Assembly (NCBI GenBank): GCA_017436525.1
Contig: JAFSCX010000047.1
Coordinates: 53,198-117,197 of the forward strand
Source: Clostridia bacterium
Lineage (GTDB): Bacteria; Bacillota; Clostridia; Oscillospirales; QAKW01
DNA length: 64,000 bases
Reading direction: 5' to 3'
The translations under genes were made by a program, and so were the position numbers. The notes beneath the pieces are model-generated. The model made no database searches. It was not told where the DNA came from and saw nothing but the letters and a program-made list of their open reading frames with translations. Within the stretch, counting starts at the first letter, position 1, and each line of letters opens with the position of its first letter. Positions 20,131-27,228 of this stretch are shown here, in pieces.

Positions 20131-21033
20131 TTAATATATTTTTGTAATGAGATATTCTTCACACTCAACAAACGCATCATCAATTGCGCGAATACCGTAA
20201 AGTTCTCCTTGATTTTTAGTTTGAACAATATCAAAGGTAACGTCCATACTCCACCAAGAACCATCAAAGTAAACTCGATTCCAAGTGTGGTGATATCGAG
20301 TGTTATCACGCTTATCACCATCGATAACATAGCAATGAATGTTCTGACTCCGACATAGTGCGGCAAACAGATGAGAAAAGTCATAACAGATTCCTTTTCG
20401 CGTGCTTAAGGTTTTACGAACATTGAAATACTGTATTAGAGGTTCGCAGTCATAGTCATACTCAAAATTATGTATCATCCATTCGTATATTGCTTTTGCT
20501 TTTTCTTCATCGGTATCATAATCGGAGCAAATTTCATCAGCAAGTTCTACAGTGTTTGTATCCCACAGCGTTGCTTGACCGTTTGTAAGAGAAACATCAA
20601 CCTGTCTGTAGACAAAAATATATGCTGAGAAAAGTAATACGATTATAAGAATTGATAATATTAAAACATATATTTTCGTCAGCGGTTTATCTTTACCCAT
20701 ATTATCGGCGAAAGCGATAAAATACATAAAAACGATAGCAAGTGGAATAAGTGCCAAAAACGGAAATACTCTGCGACAATAAATCGCATAAGCAATGTTC
20801 ATACAAGCAATGAGTATCAGCAAGATATAAACCACTGCTCTCATTGTTTTTGAGTTTATTTTAACCATTAAAAATAAAGTTGGTAAGACTGATAGCAGAT
20901 AGAATACCTGTAGAATGGGAGAGAGTACAAGGAAGTCTTTTAGGTATAATCCAAGTAACAGATTATATGTAAGTGCAATGGTAAATAAAATAAGTCTTGT
21001 TATATTAGTTTTAGGTGCTTTTGTAGTCTTCAT
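20131..21033 (-). CDS. Transglutaminase-like (Cys protease fold) membrane protein
   Basis: 300 aa with about 5 N-terminal TM helices. The C-terminal core reads GICYDFSHLFAALCRSQNIHCYVIDG ... HHTWNRVYFDGSWWSMDVT (Cys-His-Asp transglutaminase-core pattern). The gene is AT-rich compared with its neighbours. Confidence 0.7.
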   Translation of the reverse strand: MKTTKAPKTNITRLILFTIALTYNLLLGLYLKDFLVLSPILQVFYLLSVLPTLFLMVKINSKTMRAVVYILLILIACMNIAYAIYCRRVFPFLALIPLAIVFMYFIAFADNMGKDKPLTKIYVLILSILIIVLLFSAYIFVYRQVDVSLTNGQATLWDTNTVELADEICSDYDTDEEKAKAIYEWMIHNFEYDYDCEPLIQYFNVRKTLSTRKGICYDFSHLFAALCRSQNIHCYVIDGDKRDNTRYHHTWNRVYFDGSWWSMDVTFDIVQTKNQGELYGIRAIDDAFVECEEYLITKIY

Positions 21034-21138
21034 TTCAAAATCTCCTTTTGTGTACGAATTTATTGAAACGAAGAAGTAGCAGTACGGAACAAAACACTCT
21101 GTACTGCCACAAACAAAGGATTATTTAACATCTTTTAA

Positions 21139-21187
21139 GAAAACAACAAACCCGAACGTTTCACCAATCGGTAAAAGGTTCGGGTTT
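21139..21187 (-). terminator. Terminator downstream of tRNA-Leu(CAG)
   Basis: 10-bp stem AAACCCGAAC ... GTTCGGGTTT, followed on the minus strand by TTTGTTGTTTT. Confidence 0.5.
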
Positions 21188-21195
21188 GAATGCTT

Positions 21196-21282
21196 TGGTG
21201 CGGATAAGAGGACTTGAACCTCCACCGAGTTGCCCCGACTAGAACCTGAATCTAGCGCGTCTGCCAATTCCGCCATATCCGC
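21196..21282 (-). tRNA. tRNA-Leu (anticodon CAG), type II with long variable arm, CCA encoded
   Basis: Sense strand reads GCGGATATGGCGGAATTGGCAGACGCG-CTAGA-TTCAGGT-TCTAG ... GGTTCAAGTCC ... TATCCGCACCA. Confidence 0.9.
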
Positions 21283-21354
21283 ATATGACCATTGCCTTTT
21301 GACAACGCTAATATATTAGCAAAAGCAAAGGAAAAAGTCAATAGGTTTTTGAAA

Positions 21355-21741
21355 TTATTTTTCAAGTTTTTGATAAGTTTTTTCCTTGAAGGGCTTGGAA
21401 TATACAATAAAGCGATCATGTTCTCCTTTACCGATCAAGCCACTCTCATCCCAAGCCTCCAATGTAAAATGCAAAGACCGCCCTTCTGCTTTCTTAAGAA
21501 CGATTTTACATACCACCTCCATACCGATTGGTGTAGCAGACAAATGCTGCACATCAATATGGGTCCCAACAGTGGTCGTGCCCTCTTCCAGCAATCCCGC
21601 CACACTTTCGGCTGCGCAACCTTCCATGAGCGCAATCATTGCGGGGGTGGCAAATACAGGAAGATCACCGCTTCCCATGCTCTGGGCAGTAAGTTCTTTG
21701 GTTACGATACATTTCTTTTCATTAGTCAATCCAATATTCAT
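21355..21741 (-). CDS. Hotdog-fold thioesterase family protein
   Basis: 128 aa; MNIGLTNEKKCIVTKELTAQSMGSGDLPVFATPAMIALME ... resembles the small thioesterase superfamily (fluoroacetyl-CoA thioesterase-like) proteins. Confidence 0.65.
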   Translation of the reverse strand: MNIGLTNEKKCIVTKELTAQSMGSGDLPVFATPAMIALMEGCAAESVAGLLEEGTTTVGTHIDVQHLSATPIGMEVVCKIVLKKAEGRSLHFTLEAWDESGLIGKGEHDRFIVYSKPFKEKTYQKLEK

Positions 21742-21886
21742 ACTCTTCTCCTTTATTATTTTTTAATCGCGACACTTGTGGAGATTTTTCTTATAAGTTG
21801 CAAATATGGTATATGAAAGCGATCTCATTATAACATAAAAAAGAGAAATATGATATAAATAAATTGCCAAGATGCAAAAATTTTAT

Positions 21887-22090
21887 TGGTGCGAAAGACG
21901 GGACAGGCGCATCTGGCGCCTTCCTGCTCGATGACCGCTCCGCATTGCTCGCGGTGCCCATCTCGCACCATCCGTCTATAAAACAGCCGCACCGGGATGT
22001 TTTATTTTACGACGGCCGCCCCCCTTGGGGTTCAAGTCCCTTTCAATTTTGACGCAATAAAAAAGACACCCGACTGGGTGTCTTTTTTAT
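21887..22090. repeat. Copy 1 of a ~204-bp direct repeat built around tRNA-Leu(GAG) 3'-end fragments
   Basis: The first 18 nt (TGGTGCGAAAGACGGGAC) equal positions 24084-24101 of the tRNA-Leu(GAG) gene. It also holds an inverted 10-mer TCTCGCACCA (21961-21970) and a T-arm-like GGGGTTCAAGTCCC (22027-22040) in the opposite orientation. It ends with the palindromic terminator GACACCC-gact-GGGTGTC flanked by A6/T6. Confidence 0.9.
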
Positions 22091-22097
22091 TGGTGCG

Positions 22098-23880
22098 GGT
22101 GTTCATAAGGGATTTACTTAGAAATAAGTACGAACGGTATTTATAATCTTAAACTTGTTAGTACTATTTATAGACCAAAAACGATACGTTTTTGCCTCTG
22201 TGGGATATCAAAATGGTATATACATTAAATGTTTTTAATATAGTTCGCCATAGAAATCCACGCACATGCTTCTGCATTGTTGGCTGCTATTTGTGACCAT
22301 TGTGTTGTGCTTAATGTATTATTTGCAATTTCCTGTGTATTTTGTGAAATTTTCTCAGTATTATGTTCTATCGATGAAAGTCTACCCAATATCTCTTGAT
22401 TTTGAGTAATAATGCTCTTGTTTTGAGCAATTTGAATAGCTTGATTGATTATAATTTTCTGTTGATTCTTAATTATGTTATCCAGTTTTTCCTTGATCTC
22501 ATCAAGATCTAAATGTACTAAGATTTCTGAAAGTGATTCAGTAGAAGAATCAAAATAATCACATATATACCAGATAGATTCTAAGTTTCTAAATTTATTT
22601 GGAATGATGTTAAGGTCATATTGCTTTTTTAGAAGTTCTGAAGCTTTTGTCAAATCATCTTCAATTTCAGTAAGTTGTTTCGGACATTGTTCTAAATTGT
22701 TTTGAGCTGATTCATAATCTTTAGAAAGCTCAACTTTTGCTGTTTGTAATAAATCCAAAAAAATCGGTCGCCAATCTGCAGCAAAAGAAGCTTGACCTGA
22801 ATAATATTCTTCTCCGGTATAATTCCAAAGATTTACAGGAATTTTTTTAGTTTTTCCGAACCATGTTGTTTCTTCTCTTGTGACAGGCTCTGAAAGTTGT
22901 TGTAATCTTTCTTCAGTGAGCTTATGTTCGTTTTTAAAATCAATTGGTGGATAATATTGTACCCATTCTTCATCGATAATACGTTGTTGTTTAGATTGTA
23001 TGTAAAAATAAAAATCCGTTCCGTCAAAGCCAAAATTAAACATTATTTCATTATCAACACCCTTATATCTTTTTTCGTAGGGCAATCCATAACTATGATC
23101 CCAAAAATAAGTTTTTGAATAACATCTGATTGTTTTACTATTTTCAATTAGCTTTTCTACCTCTTCTTTTTTCACTTGCAAAGCATTTTTTATAAACTCA
23201 AGGCGACAAATGTCATTGAAATATATACTCATTCCGTTGCGCTCATCGTTAGTTAGTCTCCTAGTTGACTTTTGTTCAATTGTATTATCGCTTTTAACTT
23301 TGAAACCACAGTTAGAGCAATATATTGAATTATCTGTTATATGAGTTCCACATTGTGAGCAAAACATAATTATAACCTCCTAAAAATATTATTATGCAAA
23401 CTATTCGCTACAAAAAAAATAAATGTATTATTAATTTAATTACAACTCCTTTCCGCAAAATAAAAAAGTGTGAGCAACCGAAGCCACCCACACCGAAAAA
23501 TGCAAACCCCGATTGCTGCTACACAAAACCAGATAAATGGGAATGGCAAACATTACACACTATCTGTTGGAATTTGCATTTTTACCAAATTCAAAAATAG
23601 TGTGCACAAAAAAGGATATAGCATCCCCGTAAAAATGAAAATACCATTTCCCAAAATCTTTATTCGGTTTTGTGTAGCATAATTAGTTTATCATAAATTT
23701 GAATGTTTTTCAATAGTTTTCAGCAATTATATTGTCTGTGAGTTTAGCGAGCATCGGATTTTGACACCAAAATCCAAACACACCGAAAAGAACAAGCCTT
23801 TCTCGAAAAAGAGAAAGGCTTGTTGCTATAATGATAAAAATCGAGTGTCCATAACTCAAATCCGTTATGAACACTCGATA
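22098..23880. mobile_element. Candidate 1.78-kb insertion bounded by imperfect terminal inverted repeats and 7-bp direct repeat TGGTGCG
   Basis: Left end is GTGTTCATAAGGGATTT (22099-22115). The right end reverse-complements to GTGTTCATAACGGATTT (23858-23874), a 16/17 match. TGGTGCG occurs at 22091-22097 and 23881-23887. Removing the segment would join the two 204-bp units into a perfect tandem. The segment is AT-rich, and I see no transposase or integrase. Confidence 0.4.
22225..23367 (-). CDS. Zinc-ribbon domain protein with long C-terminal coiled coil, function unknown
   Basis: 380 aa with an AGGAGG RBS and an N-terminal zinc ribbon, CSQCGTHITDNSIYCSNCG. The C-terminal ~130 aa are heptad-like and Q/N/I-rich (IIKNQQKIIINQAIQIAQNKSIITQNQEIL...). 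Confidence 0.65.
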   Translation of the reverse strand: MFCSQCGTHITDNSIYCSNCGFKVKSDNTIEQKSTRRLTNDERNGMSIYFNDICRLEFIKNALQVKKEEVEKLIENSKTIRCYSKTYFWDHSYGLPYEKRYKGVDNEIMFNFGFDGTDFYFYIQSKQQRIIDEEWVQYYPPIDFKNEHKLTEERLQQLSEPVTREETTWFGKTKKIPVNLWNYTGEEYYSGQASFAADWRPIFLDLLQTAKVELSKDYESAQNNLEQCPKQLTEIEDDLTKASELLKKQYDLNIIPNKFRNLESIWYICDYFDSSTESLSEILVHLDLDEIKEKLDNIIKNQQKIIINQAIQIAQNKSIITQNQEILGRLSSIEHNTEKISQNTQEIANNTLSTTQWSQIAANNAEACAWISMANYIKNI

Positions 23881-24083
23881 TGGTGCGAAAGACGAGACAG
23901 GCGCATCTGGCGCCTTCCTGCTCGATGACCGCTCCGCATTGCTCGCGGTTCCCATCTCGCACCATCCGTCTATAAAACAGCCGCACCGGGCTGTTTTATT
24001 TTACGACGGCTGCCCCCTTGGGGTTCAAGTCCCTTTCAATTTTGACGCAATAAAAAAGACACCCGACTGGGTGTCTTTTTTAT
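23881..24083. repeat. Copy 2 of the ~204-bp tRNA-fragment repeat, abutting the intact tRNA-Leu(GAG)
   Basis: Differs from copy 1 by 4 substitutions and a 1-nt indel (about 97.5% identity by my alignment). It has the same internal architecture as copy 1. Confidence 0.9.
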
Positions 24084-24168
24084 TGGTGCGAAAGACGGGA
24101 CTTGAACCCGTACGGTGTAAACCACACGCCCCTCAAACGTGCGCGTCTGCCAGTTCCGCCACTCTCGC
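24084..24168 (-). tRNA. tRNA-Leu (anticodon GAG), type II, CCA encoded
   Basis: Sense strand reads GCGAGAGTGGCGGAACTGGCAGACGCG-CACGT-TTGAGGG-GCGTG ... GGGTTCAAGTCCCGTCTTTCGCACCA. Confidence 0.9.
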
Positions 24169-24261
24169 GTAAAGTACTTATAGATTATAGCAATCAAAAT
24201 CCAAAAAGTCAATACCAAATTTCAAAAAAACACCTTGAAATAACAAGTTTTTTTTGATATC

Positions 24262-25575
24262 ATGTTGACATCAAGCGCAAAGGCGGAATATAAGAACGTG
24301 AGAGTTGCTTTTTACACCCTTGGGTGCAAAGTTAATCAATATGATACACAGATCATGCGAGATCAATTGGAGCAAAACGGATATGAAACAGTTCCCTTTG
24401 AGCAGGATGCAGATGTATACATCATTAACACCTGCACCGTTACCCAAATCTCCGATAAAAAATCCCGCCAGATGATCTCCCGTGCCAAAAGAAACCACCC
24501 CAAAAGCATCATCATTGTATGCGGTTGTTTCTCTCAGGTTGCCCCTTCTGCGGCGGCTTCAATTGAGGGAGTCGACATTGTGATCGGCACCTCAAATCGA
24601 AAAGAAATCCTCCGCTATATCAATGAATTTCAAGTAAACCAAAAGCAAATTATCGAAGTAGATAATTGCGGCACTTTAGAAAAAGAAGAAATCCATTCAT
24701 TTGGCGATAAAAACCGCGCCATATTAAAAATTGAAGACGGTTGCGAAAACTATTGCAGCTATTGCCTGATTCCATATGCAAGAGGCAGAATTCGATCAAA
24801 GCCCCTTGAGATCATTCAAAAAGAGATCCGCGCTTTAGTAAAGGCAGGATATCGTGAGATTGTTCTGACAGGAATTCACCTTGGTTCCTATGGAAAAGAA
24901 AACGGCACTCCCTGCCTTGAGAAAGCAATTACGGCTGCTGCTGAAATACCGGGAGTTGAAAGAATTCGTCTGGGTTCTTTGGAGCCGAGAATTATCACCC
25001 CTCAATTTTTGGAATCGATCGCTTCTGTTCGTGCTTTATGCCCTCATTTTCATCTTTCCCTGCAAAGCGGATGTGATCGCACCCTCAGGCGTATGAATCG
25101 GCATTATTCCGCAAATGATTATGAGCAAGCGGTAGAGCTCCTGCGCGAAACTTATCCGGATTGCTCCATCACTACGGATATCATTGTAGGCTTCCCGGGA
25201 GAAACCGAAGAAGATTTCAACGATAGCCTCTCATTTGCTAAAAGAATCGGCTTTGCAAAAATTCATATCTTCCCCTACTCTCCTCGCAAAGGTACGCGCG
25301 CAGCCGCTATGGATGGGCAACTGACAAAAGAGATAAAGGCAAAGCGGGTAAAAGAGATGGAAAAAATTGAGCAATCCTCTCGCCATGCCTTTTGGAGCAA
25401 GATGGTTGGAACGATTCAGGAAGTACTTCCGGAAGAAGAAAAGAACGAGAATCTTCATGGCTTTACAAAAAATTACTGCCCTGTATTATGGAAAGGGAAA
25501 AAGCCTTCTGCTCCCATCCCGCTGAAAATTATCGACTATACCGACGAAGGGCTGATTGGCGAGCAAATCAAATAA
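24262..25575 (+). CDS. mtaB: Radical SAM methylthiotransferase, MtaB-like (tRNA ms2t6A)
   Basis: 437 aa with an MTTase N-domain (YTLGCKVNQYD), a radical SAM CSYCLIPYARG motif and a C-terminal TRAM-like domain. Confidence 0.8.
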   Translation: MLTSSAKAEYKNVRVAFYTLGCKVNQYDTQIMRDQLEQNGYETVPFEQDADVYIINTCTVTQISDKKSRQMISRAKRNHPKSIIIVCGCFSQVAPSAAASIEGVDIVIGTSNRKEILRYINEFQVNQKQIIEVDNCGTLEKEEIHSFGDKNRAILKIEDGCENYCSYCLIPYARGRIRSKPLEIIQKEIRALVKAGYREIVLTGIHLGSYGKENGTPCLEKAITAAAEIPGVERIRLGSLEPRIITPQFLESIASVRALCPHFHLSLQSGCDRTLRRMNRHYSANDYEQAVELLRETYPDCSITTDIIVGFPGETEEDFNDSLSFAKRIGFAKIHIFPYSPRKGTRAAAMDGQLTKEIKAKRVKEMEKIEQSSRHAFWSKMVGTIQEVLPEEEKNENLHGFTKNYCPVLWKGKKPSAPIPLKIIDYTDEGLIGEQIK

Positions 25576-25577
25576 AG

Positions 25578-25612
25578 AACTCCTGCAGTTTGAAGCTGCA
25601 GGAGTTTCATTT
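25578..25612. terminator. Bidirectional terminator
   Basis: AACTCCTGCAG-tttgaag-CTGCAGGAGTT. Confidence 0.8.
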
Positions 25613-26315
25613 ATATTTTACGAATAATTCCCATAGGAGTCTGCTGACCGCTTTGGCCCAAAGGATTATCCTTAAGAATTTTGGCATAGAGCTCGCGGCT
25701 CATGGATTCATCTGAAACACCGAGAATCACGCCATCAATATCGTTGATATCCACCACGCAAACATCAAAGCCGATTCTCGCTTTTATATCGCGGGATACT
25801 TTATCGGGATCCTTGGGCCCCAAGACAACATAATGGTTATAAGGCGGAATGGTGCAATCGCAAGGCCCATCAATAGAGCGTGCCTTAGCACCTGCAATAT
25901 TATAAAAAACACCGCGCTTGCCGACCATCTTTCCGAGAGCTGAGCAAAAAGCGGCAAAGAGGATCTTCAAAGTGCCGCACTCCTGCAGGGCCATCTCCAT
26001 GGTTTGAGGAATGCTCAAGCCGATTCCATAGGGAGATTTATATACAAATTTACAAAGGAATTTTGCTAAGGGGCGTGGATGAATCTCTTCCATGGGGATT
26101 GCCCGCTTTTGGGTGCAAGCAACGCACTTTTCGGAAATAAAGAGAACATCCCCTTCCTCCATCATTCCCTTTGCATATTGCTCCGCCACATCCTCAATTT
26201 TATCTTGATCGGTAATTACATGGGTCTTAATCGGCAGACGGCGATAGGATACGCCCTCAACCTCAATTATTTCATTTTTTCCTTCATTGGGTTTTAATTC
26301 AGCCATTTTCAACAT
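25611..26315 (-). CDS. CofE-like (F420-0:gamma-glutamyl ligase family) protein
   Basis: 234 aa. IKTHVITDQDKIEDV ... GDVLFISEKCVACTQKRA ... VVDINDIDG resembles the CofE/FbiB N-domain fold family. No other F420 genes are in the window. Confidence 0.55.
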   Translation of the reverse strand: MLKMAELKPNEGKNEIIEVEGVSYRRLPIKTHVITDQDKIEDVAEQYAKGMMEEGDVLFISEKCVACTQKRAIPMEEIHPRPLAKFLCKFVYKSPYGIGLSIPQTMEMALQECGTLKILFAAFCSALGKMVGKRGVFYNIAGAKARSIDGPCDCTIPPYNHYVVLGPKDPDKVSRDIKARIGFDVCVVDINDIDGVILGVSDESMSRELYAKILKDNPLGQSGQQTPMGIIRKI

Positions 26316-26323
26316 CCTCCTAA

Positions 26324-26869
26324 TTACTTAAAGAATAAAGGCAACGGTGCTAAGGTAATAATATCATCGCGCTCGATCGCATCCCCTTCTGCAAGGATCG
26401 CCATTTTAGCCACGATCTCACCGCCGGCCTTTTCTACCAATGTCTCAAGCGCTTTTAGGGATTCACCGGTGGATATTACATCATCTACAATGACAACACG
26501 CTTCCCACGCATCAATTCAACATCCTCTCCATCAATACAGAGGATCTGCTTATTAACCGTAGTGATAGAATCCACCTCGACAGTAAAAACGTCTTTCATG
26601 TAAAGCTTTGGAGCTTTACGGGCAAGAACATAGCGATTTACACCGCTTTGCCGCGCGATCTCATGAATCAGAGGAATCCCCTTGGATTCTGCAGTGATAA
26701 TCACATCATGGGGCGGCATCTTTTCGATCAATTCTTTAGCGCAGGCAACGGTCAACTCTACATCGCCGAAAATTACAAACGCCGCAATATCCAAATGCTC
26801 ATTAACCGGGCAGATTGGCAGATCTCGCTCAAGACCTGCAACCTTTAACTTATAAGTATTCATCGCCAT
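26324..26869 (-). CDS. Phosphoribosyltransferase (purine PRT-like)
   Basis: 181 aa with the PRPP-binding loop VVIVDDVISTGES. Confidence 0.75.
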   Translation of the reverse strand: MAMNTYKLKVAGLERDLPICPVNEHLDIAAFVIFGDVELTVACAKELIEKMPPHDVIITAESKGIPLIHEIARQSGVNRYVLARKAPKLYMKDVFTVEVDSITTVNKQILCIDGEDVELMRGKRVVIVDDVISTGESLKALETLVEKAGGEIVAKMAILAEGDAIERDDIITLAPLPLFFK

Positions 26870-26876
26870 TCCTCCT

Positions 26877-27218
26877 TCAGCACATTTTCACATCCAACTG
26901 CTCGCCGCCGATCAGATGGAAATGCAAATGAAAAACCGATTGACCGCCGAATTCGTTGCAATTGCTTACAACGCGAAAACCTTGCTCCAGCTTTAGTTCT
27001 TTAGCAAGATACGCAATCACTTCAAATATATGTGCAACAATTCCACTATTTTCCTCGTTAATTTCCATCACATTGGCAATATGCTTTTTAGGGATCACCA
27101 ATACATGAACCTTTGCCGCAGGGCTGAGATCATGAAAAGCAATCACTTGATCATCTTCATAGACCTTATTGGAAGGGATTTCCCCGCTTGCGATCTTGCA
27201 AAAAATACAGTCCTTCAT
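26877..27218 (-). CDS. HIT-family (histidine triad) nucleotide hydrolase/transferase
   Basis: 113 aa with CIFCKI and the histidine triad HLHFHLIGG. Confidence 0.85.
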   Translation of the reverse strand: MKDCIFCKIASGEIPSNKVYEDDQVIAFHDLSPAAKVHVLVIPKKHIANVMEINEENSGIVAHIFEVIAYLAKELKLEQGFRVVSNCNEFGGQSVFHLHFHLIGGEQLDVKMC

Positions 27219-27228
27219 GACGCACTCC

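Noticed and set aside
21292-21816. A 174-aa plus-strand ORF and other overlapping frames.
   Set aside because: It overlaps the thioesterase gene on the opposite strand, and the thioesterase translation is the only one with a recognisable fold signature.
21864-22052. A 62-aa ORF here and a 101-aa ORF at 23867-24172 with near-identical N-terminal translations.
   Set aside because: They simply read through the two copies of the 204-bp tRNA-fragment repeat, and the second runs into the tRNA gene itself. There is no RBS, so I treat the region as non-coding repeat.
21887-24083. Whether the 204-bp units could be tmRNA, SRP RNA, 6S RNA, RNase P RNA or an intact tRNA.
   Set aside because: - There is no tmRNA-type acceptor/tag architecture and no SRP domain IV motif.
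- The size and ends do not fit 6S or RNase P RNA.
- The roughly tRNA-sized 80-nt 3' segment lacks D and T loops and has no proper anticodon arm.
- The units are left as unclassified repeats.
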